A stretch of 31,895 bases of DNA, taken from assembly GCA_008632985.1 (NCBI GenBank), contig QPGO01000253.1, forward strand, positions 62,001 through 93,895, given 5' to 3'. The notes under the pieces were generated by a model that worked only from the letters and a program-made list of their open reading frames with translations, did no database searches and was not told the origin of the DNA. Numbering within the stretch: position 1 is the stretch's first letter; every line of letters begins with the position of its first letter. The DNA comes from Psammoneis japonica (Eukaryota). Below, piece after piece: positions 21,682 to 31,895 of the stretch. Position numbers and translations under genes: made by a program.

Positions 21682-22728
21682 ATGAGCAATTTGCGGGTAA
21701 GAGTTGTGCTGAGTGCCTTTATAAGCTTAATCGTTTTGCTGTCATTGCAACAGAAGGCCTTTGTTGGTGGAGAAACCGACGAATACAAGCCCCAAAATAC
21801 GGCAGTCGTGACCCTTGTAACAACGAGCGACTACGTCAAGGGTGCAAAAGTGTTGGCTTACTCTTTAGACAAAGTGAACGCCACTGGTGACCGAGTTTTG
21901 CTTTACGTGCTTCCCGAAGACGACCCTCGTTCAGATCTTACACAAGAACATATACTCGACCTCCGTGATGCCGGCTGGACCAAGACTCGGAGACTCACGT
22001 CAAAAGACGGAACGCTTTCCGTTTGCAAAGTATCAGAGGAGCAACAGCAGATAATCGAACAGAATCCAAATGAACTAGCTGGGTTGGCAAGATACTGGGG
22101 AACGTGCAGCAAATTTGCGGTCTGGACGCTAACTGAATATGATGTCGTCGTCTATATTGACGCGGACAGCTTGGTGCTTAATAATTTTGACTTTGTGTAC
22201 GATATGATGAATGAGATGAGCGGTGCCACCCTTTTGGCTCAGGGAACGCCAGGTTGCTGGGAAGATCCGCCTGACTGTGACACATTTTATGGTGCTTTCA
22301 TGGTTATCAAACCCATGTCCCACATTCACAAATACCTTCATGACCTTTCAGCTGAAAATTTCTTGGCCGAGGGCGAACTACCTTTGCTGAATCAAGTTTA
22401 CAAATCATGGCAGCCACTCCCCCGATACACATTGGTGGCTCAAACCGAAACCGCACGACCACGTCCGAATGATGACCCAAACCAAAAAGTGGATTGGTCG
22501 CGTGTCGTAGTCTACGACTTTTCCGGCATGCCTCAAACCAAACCGTGGGTAACTTACGCGTTGCAGAAGGAACAGGGAAACAAGTATGCGCACGGTTATT
22601 TTGGAAGTTTGCCCGCCGGATCTCCCAACGTTGATATTTACATGGAACCGCAGTGGATATGGAATGAATACTACGATGCTATCCTACAAGAAAAGAGTGC
22701 CAGAGGCAGCACGGAACCCGACCTGTGA
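21682..22728 (+). CDS. GT8-family (glycogenin-like) glycosyltransferase
   Basis: N-terminal signal/anchor, AVVTLVTTSDYVKGAKVLAYSL, SKFAVWTLTEYDVVVYIDADSLVL (DxD), LLNQVY and KPW; intronless ORF. Confidence 0.9.
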   Translation: MSNLRVRVVLSAFISLIVLLSLQQKAFVGGETDEYKPQNTAVVTLVTTSDYVKGAKVLAYSLDKVNATGDRVLLYVLPEDDPRSDLTQEHILDLRDAGWTKTRRLTSKDGTLSVCKVSEEQQQIIEQNPNELAGLARYWGTCSKFAVWTLTEYDVVVYIDADSLVLNNFDFVYDMMNEMSGATLLAQGTPGCWEDPPDCDTFYGAFMVIKPMSHIHKYLHDLSAENFLAEGELPLLNQVYKSWQPLPRYTLVAQTETARPRPNDDPNQKVDWSRVVVYDFSGMPQTKPWVTYALQKEQGNKYAHGYFGSLPAGSPNVDIYMEPQWIWNEYYDAILQEKSARGSTEPDL

Positions 22729-22848
22729 CAAGGAATATCAATCTATACTAGGTACAATGAGTTACGTGTTTGTTGTATGGCCCGGCGACAGGTGTACCAC
22801 GGTGAGGAGATAAGCGCCTTGCCAGGGTGTAAATACAACACGGATTCT

Positions 22849-23628
22849 TCAATCCTCGTGCTCATGCTGCGGCTCAACGTACGTTCCGCACATCCAATGC
22901 AACATAGCAGGGGGTTCCATTATCCGCTTCAGCGGCCATCCTCGTACTTCGGCCAAGATGGGATAGACGTACTCTAAGAAGTAATAAATGTGTCCAACAA
23001 TAACCCCAATCACATCGATAGTCACGTTATTTCCAAGCAAGATGGAAAAGGTAAGCATGACCCATGGTAAGTAGGGTGCATTGAAGGTGAAGAAACCCAG
23101 AAAGCTCATTCGCACGTGTTCATTACGCCGTCCCCAGACGTAAACCATCATGAACGTCAGAGCCGACCCTAGGAAATGCACTCCAGTGTAAGAAGCCACA
23201 AGAGCCATGATTGTTACTCCAAACAAGAGCATAAGGACGAAATTAGCTGTTCTGCCTCGAAAGTCACCCTCCTCCAACAATCGGCAATAGCGAACCTATC
23301 AGGGGGGAATCAAGTCAATCGTGAGTCTCCAAACATAACACGCTTTCGCATCAGCGTCTGTGTGTGCACGACTTACCAAAAAGTACATATGGAAAAGAAA
23401 GTCCATCGAAAAGACCCCAAAGAAGAGATAGGACGTTATCAATCGCCAAACCTGACCTTCCGAGAATATCAGTCTCCAGTTGAAATAGAGCGAAAAGGGA
23501 CTGACAATGTCGATTGCGCACAAGGTTGTTGTGAGAAATGCCCCCGTAAAGTACAGTCGAGACACGGGCGGAATTTCCTTGTACCATGACATGAAATCCA
23601 CTCCACCGGCAGCACCTCCGAGATCCAT
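22849..23628 (-). CDS. DER1: Derlin (Der1-like ERAD component, derlin-2/3 type)
   Basis: IPPVSRLY, QVWRLITSYLFFG, FLFHMYFL|VRYCRLLEEGDFRGR, VYVWGRRN, APYLPW and GHIYYFL; intron 23296-23376. Confidence 0.95.
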
Positions 23629-24219
23629 AATGTTGTTGTTTTTATTCTACGACGTGTCTTATGAGTGAATCTGAAATCGTCTGAGCGCAACTTCGCGTTC
23701 TTTGATTGGAGTGACTTCGCGTTTGTGTATCCTTCAAATTCTTGTTCTTCAAGGTATCCAAGCAGACTTTTGTCCAGTAAGCTCTCTTATTCTTCAGTTT
23801 ACGTGGCGGGTGTGTTTTGCTTTAGCGATTCTCAGTCTGTTTCAATGCAATGCGATGCTTTTATCGTATCATGGGCGATGACTGTTCCAGGTGATGATGA
23901 CAACGCAACGGCGATCGATCGAGAATTTCGTTCCGGTTTGATACCGCAGATTTCTATAAGTATTGTACATACGAATAGTCTACGTCAAACCTCTGGTACA
24001 CATTTCATTGATGTCAAATAGTAACGAATAAAATCATTTGATATGAAAAGATTCAGTCATGCATTATAAAAATATAAAAGAAGTAATCAGTCATTTATGT
24101 CATTATTTTTAATAAAAACGGGATCGATCGCTTGCAGATTGCTGTGCTACACGGGAATGTGACCACAAAAAAAAAATCGAGAGCAACTCGGAAGTGTATC
24201 ATAAAATGTTGGCAACGAG

Positions 24220-24915
24220 ATGGATCCTTCTGATCGAGTTCTCCAAGCTCTTTCTCGCTTCAGGCAACTGTGCAAACCCAACACAGGATGTGAGACGCAA
24301 TGCTGAAATTGAAAGTGGGTTGTGAAAGTTTCATAGCGGCAAGAAGCATCGCCTTGAAACGGATGCGACAGTTTGATTGAATTGCCACGTGAAATTGGCA
24401 TGTTGACTCGGCTCGTTCGTTTCGAAGTATTTTCGCCTGTGACAATCTTATTCGTTTGCCTCCAGAAATTGGTCAATTGCAGCGACTTTGTGAGCTGAAG
24501 AATACAAACAGCACTGCGTGGACTTGGTGTAAAGAGCAATGATATTGACAATATGATGAATAGCATTGATGTAGATGGCAGCGCATCTGTCGATTTTGAT
24601 GAGTTTCGAGTAATCATGAGAATGAAGTTCAAGAAAGGGCCCGGCGTGAAGGTGCATCATCGACAGCAGAGGTTTCGAACCAAGATGCTTCAAAAGTTTT
24701 CAGAGACTTCCAGTGAGTCAATATCAGATGAACGAAACCTTTCAGAGGATATTTGATGTGATTGATTTGGATGGCAATGGTGTTTAGACCCACATGAGAT
24801 ACGAATTCTTCTGTGATCAATGGGCGTAGACGAGAAGGAGATCGCGTCGATTGACTTAGATCGAAGTGGAGGTGTCGACTGGGAAGAGTTTCGTACAATA
24901 TCATGAATGAAAACT
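24220..24915 (+). pseudogene. Calmodulin-like multi-EF-hand pseudogene
   Basis: EF-hand loops DVDGSASVDFDE, DLDGNGVLDPHE and DLDRSGGVDWEE lie in different frames, with frameshifts and in-frame stops. The 5' limit is uncertain. Confidence 0.75.
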
Positions 24916-25608
24916 TTGCTTTTTGAATGCGTCAATGCTACGTCTAGGCTACGAGTATGATGTAAACCGAATCTCATTTTCTCATCGATGTAATGCTTCT
25001 TGTCCGACGGCTGCTCCTCTCAAACTGTTGTATTCTGCCATACCATGCGCTTCTTCTTTTATGTCCCTAGCTAGTTGCACGCCGTTACGTTAGGCAAAAC
25101 TCCTGTTTCTTACTGTACTTCGAATGTTCGACGCTGTTTGTAACGTGTGTGCGTACGTCATTTGTCACCTCGAAACTCAATTCGAAAACGACAAGCGCTG
25201 CATGCCTTTTTGCCTCTGCCATTTCCATTCATTCCAGCAGTCGAACATTAACCTATGGATCATGAAGAGTGCAGGAGACCAAGCGTCGCCATCCCCAACG
25301 AGACCCCAGCCAAGATTCAGCGGATCAAGCGCGCTAGGCTTTTGGATTGAACGAGCAAGTATAATACTGTACCAGCCGAAACACTGGTTTAGATAAGGAC
25401 AAATGTCGTCGAATTCGATGTTTACTAGCTACGAGTTTTGCCGCCCTTGAACCGACTGGGCCGATCTAAGTGGCACATACTGTGTATTGGCGATGGGAGA
25501 TGGCAACTTGATCGCGCACGTTTCGGTCACCGTCTTCTTTCCCAGTTCAAGGAAGCCTAGTCATTTCTTCCAGTTGTTTGATATTAATTTTAATACAACT
25601 ACAACAGA

Positions 25609-26709
25609 TTACCATTCCTCGAGAATTGCTTCTTCCATCTCATAAGGTATGGCTGGATACCTATCGACGAGACTCAGCTCGTAACCTTTCGAAAGCTCTT
25701 CCACAAAATCATACTCCAGCAGTTCGTTCAACAGTAATTTTGCGGGAGTCTCAAGGTGCCCAAAATTCACTTCAAGCTGACGGAGGAACGTCTTGCGAGC
25801 CATGGTCTCCCCCGTTTCCAACAAATAGTCAGCCAGGAAGAAAAACGCCCATTCTCTTATCAATCTGTTCCCGCACTTGGGGCCTTTTCGATCCGTTGCA
25901 TGCAGTCTCAATGGAGCCCACGTTTCGCCACTCAGAACGCCGCACTTGACTAGCTCATTCGCCATTATGTGCACGCACAACCATGGCGACTGAGTCATCT
26001 TGATATCCACCAGTATGGCGCGATAGCGGGTGTTGTCGCGGAGATTAAAATAGGAAATCACTTCCAGCAGGGCAGCGCCGTCCGACTCCCAAAAAAAGCC
26101 GTCCCAAGGCAGCAGATAGGACAAATATGTGTCGTAGTCCCAAAAATACGAGTAATGAACATAATGCATCCGACATGTGTCGCTGTCAAGCACCCACTCA
26201 CAGGATCGCTGGTCTAAGTGAGAGGGCAAAACGAGGTGCCGTGTGATCCAACCCTCGTTGCCGCGCTGCATAAAGTCTTGGAGGAACGAAAGCTCGTGGC
26301 GGGCAAGAAGATGTCGTTTGCTCACATTGTCCGGCAGCACCACACACACATATTCGTCGTCAAGTTCGCCAGAAAAACGACCGGGGATTTCGAGTTGCAA
26401 GTAATCCAGGACGCGGCGAATCTCGGTGTAGCCTTGCAGGCACGGAATGCAGATAACGTCGTCGTCGTCGTCGCCGCCGTCATGGTGCTCGACGACCCAC
26501 TGCACTGCATCTGCCTTGAAGCGGAGTGGTAAATGGACCTCAAGAGTCATGGATCCATCTTTCTCGTCGTCCGTTGCATCACAGGAAAGAACGTCGGTCA
26601 AAAAGGGACTGGCTAGAACCAGGGCGTTGGGAGCGGTAATCCGCTCGTTGCCTTCGCCGCAAGCCGCCGCTGCCACGAGCACCACCTCTTTTTGGAGCAA
26701 CTCTTCCAT
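25609..26709 (-). CDS. Hypothetical protein, 366 aa, possibly two BTB/POZ-like domains
   Basis: Long intronless ORF. LVLASPFLTDVL..EVHLP..AVQWVV..VLDYLQL and a second similar block SFLQDFM..LVLP..SCEWVL..VISYFNL. Confidence 0.6.
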   Translation of the reverse strand: MEELLQKEVVLVAAAACGEGNERITAPNALVLASPFLTDVLSCDATDDEKDGSMTLEVHLPLRFKADAVQWVVEHHDGGDDDDDVICIPCLQGYTEIRRVLDYLQLEIPGRFSGELDDEYVCVVLPDNVSKRHLLARHELSFLQDFMQRGNEGWITRHLVLPSHLDQRSCEWVLDSDTCRMHYVHYSYFWDYDTYLSYLLPWDGFFWESDGAALLEVISYFNLRDNTRYRAILVDIKMTQSPWLCVHIMANELVKCGVLSGETWAPLRLHATDRKGPKCGNRLIREWAFFFLADYLLETGETMARKTFLRQLEVNFGHLETPAKLLLNELLEYDFVEELSKGYELSLVDRYPAIPYEMEEAILEEW

Positions 26710-26942
26710 TCTTTACTTTGCCAAAGAGTTGTTGATTACTTTTTGTGGTTGCTTTCGCGCTGTCGTATGATGTGAATGCTTCGAAGTCATCGCGCACCTC
26801 AATCACGACTTGGGACGAATGCACGTTTCGCGAGTCGTGAATGCTGAATGCTGGCAGATACAGCAGCAGGGAAGCGAGTCGTCGAAGCTCGCGTGTACGC
26901 GGAGCTCCGAGTGCCTTCCTGTCAACTGTCTTAACGTGCTGA

Positions 26943-27759
26943 CTGGATGCGTCCGGGCGATCCAGGAAACTTCGAAGACTTCGAAAGATTCCATATTCCA
27001 TGACATTTCTGTAAATTATTCTACGTGCAGAGCTCGTAGGTTGTTGGTACTTAATAAATAAGGGGCAATAGATAAAAGTTCGAACAAATATGTTGTGTGT
27101 TCGAAGCTTTCGAATATTGTTCGAAGTGTTCGAATTTTTGTCGAAAACATATTGCCCTCCAAAGATTTTGATTTATGTCACCTATTGTTCGAACTTTTCA
27201 TATTGCCCTTTTGGTCACTTCGAACTTATTCGAACAAAGTTCGAACTTATTCGAACAAGTTCGAAGTGTTCGAACAAGTTGAATAGTAGATCTCGTACTG
27301 CCTGTACGCGTTACTTGTCGCTTCGATTGTACGTACCGTATCTCATCATCTCATTGATAGAAGAGAGCACAAAACAACAACGTGAGATATCATACCGTAT
27401 CGCGCGTGTACCTACTAGTCTACCAGCAGTACACTACATCATTCGGCTACGGGATGTCATCGTGACATCATCATTCGTCTCCCCTGCCGTTACTGTACTA
27501 TTTTTATTTAAGAAAAAAACTTCGAAAGTGTTCGAAGTACTTCGAAGTGTTCGAAGTATTCGAACACTTCGAACAACTTCGAACACTTCGAACTTTCTTT
27601 GGGGCAGTATAAAGGGCAATAGAGAAAGAAATTTTACAATGTTCGAAGCTTTTGTCCATCCTACACGAGGTCCACGTAGAGATATATAAATAGGAATTAG
27701 GAATCTCTTAAATATTTTTCGAAACTTCGAAGTTTCCTGGATCGCCCCGCTCCATCCAG
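26943..27759. mobile_element. Foldback/MITE-like inverted-repeat element with TTCGAA arrays
   Basis: Perfect 23-bp inverted repeat GGGCGATCCAGGAAACTTCGAAG (26955-26977 and 27725-27747), extending imperfectly outward. About 25 TTCGAA copies lie in two arms around a roughly 200-bp core. No TSD found. Confidence 0.6.
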
Positions 27760-27819
27760 ACCAACACCTCGAGCAGAATACAAGTGGAGAGCATCTACTG
27801 ACGAGCAGTGACGAGTGCT

Positions 27820-30800
27820 CAGTCAAAAGTCTTTCACAAAACTGCCAGTGACCAAATTATGAGCCACCTGGACTGAATCTGCTGAGTGCAACAAACAGAG
27901 GTTCATCCTCCGCACACACTTGTGCTGGAGACCAGCACAAGTTTCAGGGTCAACCACTTTCACAACAGTCATCCAAGTGCTGCTGAACCAATGCATGGTT
28001 GGTCCAACATCCATGCAATGCCTGTGATCCTCAAAGCAGATTCCGGCCGATGGAAGTGCAGACACATTGGAGAATTTGGGTCGGTCGACAGATGGCCCAT
28101 TGCTCTCCCTCTCATTCACAGATTCCAGCAACCAAAAAAGAAACTGCAAATGAGAAAGCTTGCACAATTGGCACAAGTTCAGAGCAAAGCCCCTGCACAT
28201 CTTGACCGAGCCACAACACACACAACAAACAAAGGAAGCAATGCTCCCAAAAGGCCACCACCCTTGGACCTTCAACTGGTTGTTCTGAAAGAGTTCTCGA
28301 GTCAAAGGCTTCACAAGAAAATTGGTGAGCTGATCAGCCAATTCCATCTTGAATGCATCAAACTTGTCACAATGTGACCAGAGCCAGCACCACTTGATGA
28401 GAAAATGCTTGGCGCGATTCGTGATGCGGTGGTTGGCAGCCAGGCAGCAACCACCTTGATTGTCTTCAAACACACAAGCACAAACAGAAGTTTTGAGATC
28501 TTGGGGAATGTCCAAGGTGGAGACAATTTCAAGGAGCATGTTCTTCAAAGGTGGGAGTGTTCAAAGTGCACAGGAGGCGGCTTGGTGCTCAGCTTCAAAA
28601 GTGTGGAGCATGCAATGGCCAACTGGAGCTGCAATTTCCACACCAAAAGACACTCATTGAGAGCAATGAAGCATCTGGTGCAAGACCTGACCAAATTTAG
28701 ATCAGAGCCCTTTTTTCAGCAATGGAGACCAGCAAAAACAGCATCGTCAACCCAGCACAAGTCAAGATCCAAGTGACCGGTTGGAGACAGTGGCATCCCC
28801 TGATCACGTGTCCTCTCAAGGTGTCAGACAAGAGTCTTGATGGCAGCAGCATGCAACTGCTTTGGGTTGGAATTGAAGCGCGCAACCTGGCTGATGGAAA
28901 AGGAGGCATCAGGGCGGGTGTCAGCAGACAAGTGCAAGAGCATCCCAACGATGGAGGGGCAGCTCCAATCCTCCTGCATGGGGTCCTGTTGACATCACTG
29001 CCAAGTGCTTGAGATGCTGCAGGGAGCAAGTTTGGTTTGCAGTCTGTCACACTGGCAGCAGCCAAAATCTTGTCAAGAGTCAACCCCTTTTGAGACAACT
29101 TGACAGCACCATCATCTCGCCTTTTGAACTTGATGCCCAGAAACTTGGCAAAACTGCCCTCTTTTGTCTGCTCAAATCCTTTCTTGCACAGTTGAGACAT
29201 CACTCAGTTGATGGTGGACTCCTGTGCTGCACTGACACCACAATTGTTGACACGCAGGCAGACCATGCAATCTTTGTGGAGCAGAAGGCATTGGCTGCAC
29301 TTGCTTTGGATGAAACCCAAATCCAAGAAGGCCTGCAGGCAATGCTCATGCCACAACTTTGGAGCTGAAGAAAGTCCACAGTGGCTCTTGACATGCTTGA
29401 GACAGGTCTTGGGTCCTTTTGCAGAGTGGAAACCATGTGCTGGGAGATGGGTCCAAACTGGCTCTTCCTTGGGAAGCACCACCTGAATGAATGCAGACTG
29501 GAAATCAGCAGATGCAGTGTGCCATCCGAGGATTAGACTCAACACCAGAAATTCCAAAACTGCACTCCAAGCAACAACATGAGCACGGGCATCAAATGGG
29601 CTCCCTTCCTGCAAATTGCTGCAACAGCAGTGCCAAGCCTTGTGTTTCTTGATCTCACCCAATGGCAATCTGCCGGGAAGCATCTTGGCTCAAGCATTGG
29701 AGACTTGTGCTTTGACCCACATTCCCTGATGGACAAGAGCAGCAATCTCAAACTGTTGGCTGTCTTCAACCATTTCTCACAATCAGGAGGGCACATGGCC
29801 TCATCCCACAACAGCTCATCAGCATCCTTGATCTTGCACACTGACACCTTGTGCGCGGCAGGTGCAGTCATGGATGTGTTGCAACAACCGCGATCAAACT
29901 TGCAGGCACAATGAAAATCAACAAAGTGAGACAAGCATCCATGTCCCTGAGAACCATCACACCCAAGGCAATCAGGTGTCAGGTGCAGCACAATTCTGGG
30001 TGGAATGCCAAACTGGAGCAGGAGAGCTGCAGTGCCTCATTGTTGGCAAGGATGCACAAGTCTCTCAGGATGCACAAGCTCTGGTGCAAGACCATGCAAG
30101 AGGCAGCCTGTTGCCATGTGTGGTTTGGCCACCATCAAATTTTGCACTGGATTTTACCAAGGCTTGCGTCAGGCTTCTGATGGGATGATGAACTCATCAT
30201 TTAAAATTGACAACAAGATGGCAACAACTTGTGCTTCCAAAATGTTAAAAAAAAAATGAACAGAAGAGAGACAGTCATTGAACTCAAAAATGAAACCTGC
30301 CACCGACGGAATGAGGCTCAGTGCAACACTTGTCCATTGCAATCCAATGACCATTTGTCAGCCACCGTGTGCAGCAATGATGTTTGTTGATGAACAACAA
30401 TTGGTCCCCAGTGCAATGTTGAGCATCTTCAATCTGTGTTGTGCGCCAGAACTTGCTTTTGCTTTTGACTCACTCATGTTGAAAAGTGAGAACATTTGTG
30501 TGCTTGAACAGCAGAGTTTGCAACATCAAAATTGCTCATGGACTCATCACAGTGCACGTGGCAATGTGCGTTCCATGCAGCTTGCACATCCTGATGCATC
30601 TTTGTTTGTTGGACTGTGTGGGTTTGCACACATGTGCGCACTGCATGTGGAAAACATGCACAGAATTGCTGCTGAGTGAATCGACGTGCGGTGGATTTTC
30701 ACAGGTGCACAATCCACCAGGTCTGCAGGGAAGACAAACAGATGTGGCAATGGCAATCTTTTGTGCTGCAAAGTCATTGTCAACAAAAAATGCATGAAAA

Positions 30801-31000
30801 TTGTGTGGACCAGCACAAAAATTGACCGCTTTGCCAAATGGCTGTGTCTTGTTGTCTCCATGACTGAAATGAAAAGAACATGATCATGATTGACAATCAT
30901 GATCACATTGTGACATTTGTCCATCTCAAAGAGAAGGATGTCCACACCCTTCTTGGGCTTCCTCTGGATGTTCCTGACAGAAAATGAAGGCAAATGGCAA
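27820..31000 (-). mobile_element. Heavily degenerate Ty1/Copia LTR retrotransposon (RT-RNaseH, PPT, probable 3' LTR)
   Basis: ADFQSAFIQ, KSHCGLSSAPKLW (canonical KSLYGLxxAP), LRVNN (YVDD), FLGIKF, LSQKGL, VFEDNQG, RAKHFLIKW and NFLVKPL. Purine tract GAGAGGGAGAG at about 28103-28113 on the minus strand. Outer boundaries are approximate. Confidence 0.85.
30047..30604 (+). mobile_element. 558-bp P-family element nested in Copia, related to 1956-3529, TpA-erased
   Basis: Left end CAAGGATGCACAAGTCTCTCAGGATGCACAAGCT and about 150 bp align to the reverse complement of 3380-3529. The right end ..GCGTTCCATGCAGCTTGCACATCCTGA-TGCATCTTTG aligns to the reverse complement of 1956-2012 with a small deletion. 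Flanks ATTGTTGG and TTTGTTGG form an 8-bp TSD with 1 mismatch. Confidence 0.85.
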
Positions 31001-31895
31001 GAATTCAAACAATGACTCCTCACTGCTGTCTAAATGGCAGATGAGTCTCCGCTCAGAGACCGTCACAGGAGCCGAAAGACGTGCAAGTCGGCACAATCGG
31101 GCCACTGTTGTCATTCTTGTGAGCCTTGTGGCTCGAAAGCAAACTGCATCGCACGTGAACGCGCAGAACTAAAGCACACAAAACTGTGCACGGCAAACTA
31201 AACAGCGTGCGATGCTTCGCGCGCACCCAAATCCTGTTCAAATCCTGTCACTCCCCAGTTTGCTTGAGGAGCCACAGAAACAGATTCGACTTCAGATGGA
31301 ATGAAGTTCCAGAACATGAGGGGGCGGAGAAGGTCCCAGATTTGGGAGTGACCCCAATGCTTGCTGAGAATGTCAGCAGGGTTGCGGGAGCCTTCGATGA
31401 AGTGGAACTCAAGGCAACCAGAGGCAATTGCCTCACGCACATGGTGGAACGACAGTGCGGTGTGTCGCTTGTGTAACTTGGAGTGCGGGATGGTGGCACT
31501 GTCTACAACCGACTTGTTGTCACCGAACATGTGACCAATGTTGCGGATCGGGACGCCAAGGTGGCGCAGGGTGATGCGCAGGTCGATGATCTGCTCAACA
31601 CAAGTCCTTGCGGCAACAAATTCAGACCCGCAGGTCGCAGTCTCCACGGTGGCTTGTTTCTTGGAGAACCAATCAGCCGGGAATTTGTTGAGGAAGTGGA
31701 GCATTCCCATGACAGAGCGTCCGGTGAGCATGCAATGGTGCAAGTTTGCATCGACGCAGTGGGTGGCAGTGACGAACTTGCCAAGGGGCGGTGGAGCGTC
31801 CTTCGGGATCATCTCTTCTGCTTCACCATGCACGGAATGCATCCATTCATAGGCCGGAGCAGGGAGATCCGAACAGTCGGGCTCTTCCGTACGAA
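31000..31895 (-). mobile_element. Second Copia (diatom CoDi-like): RNase H, PPT and start of the 3' LTR; continues beyond the window
   Basis: HCVDANLHHCMLTGRSV..DWFSKKQATVETATCGSEFVAA..FGDNKSVV..KRH.ALSFH.VREAIA..NPADILSK. On the minus strand, GGGGAG is followed directly by TGACA at 31250. The far LTR end was not determined. Confidence 0.9.

Larger units (their letters stand above)
19958..22437. repeat. Tandem duplication of about 1.22 kb (unit 1 19958-21180, unit 2 21181-22437)
   Basis: Both units start GCTGTGCTGCATTGGAGATCAGCCAA and align throughout; the junction has GCT microhomology. Each unit holds the 5' ends of the divergent Crinkler-like and GT8 genes. Confidence 0.95.

Noticed and set aside
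19958..22437. Classical RIP (CpA>TpA) acting on the 21682 copy
   Set aside because: The TA-rich copy is the intact ORF with family-conserved Tyr residues, so TA is ancestral.
26971..27731. TTCGAA arrays as heat-shock elements or telomeric repeats
   Set aside because: Spacing is mostly TTC-GAA with no gap and GAA-n3/4-TTC, not the alternating nGAAn pattern; the arrays are irregular and palindromic, unlike telomeres.
27823..31852. Dense overlapping Cys/His-rich ORFs in all six frames (also at 74-1633 and 19816-21509)
   Set aside because: A by-product of TpA loss, which removes TAA and TAG stops and turns Tyr into Cys/His; these are not real genes or metal-binding proteins.
27820..31895. ADAR- or APOBEC-type editing of retroelement RNA/cDNA
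   Set aside because: The same signature is present in DNA transposons and a tandem gene duplicate, and on both strands within one copy.

Overview
Eukaryotic genomic DNA, most likely a diatom (short GT-AG introns, diatom-type Copia elements); the organism is inferred, not proven. Host genes: a class C GPCR with a type I sugar-binding-protein-like ectodomain, a small conserved protein, a beta-helix/zinc finger/WWE protein, a ChaC-RCC1 fusion, a 2OG-Fe(II) oxygenase, a globin fused to a 6TM CNBD-family ion channel, a GT8 glycosyltransferase, derlin and a possible tandem-BTB protein. Pseudogenes: a Crinkler-like NTPase-nuclease, a partial GT8 duplicate and an EF-hand gene. Mobile DNA: a Harbinger/ISL2EU-like transposase, two P-family elements, a Tourist-like MITE, a TTCGAA-rich foldback and two Copia elements. 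The main signal is that three domains (about 1-1660, 19840-21330 and 27800-31895) have lost almost every TpA dinucleotide to TpG or CpA. Two internal alignments show the direction: 32 of 32 TpA sites of the intact GT8 gene are converted in its tandem duplicate, and a P-family element nested in Copia is converted relative to its sibling at 1956-3529. This looks like a repeat-targeted A:T to G:C hypermutation, opposite in direction to fungal RIP, that removes Tyr codons. The second highlight is the globin-coupled channel with a non-canonical pore filter. All counts were made by eye.
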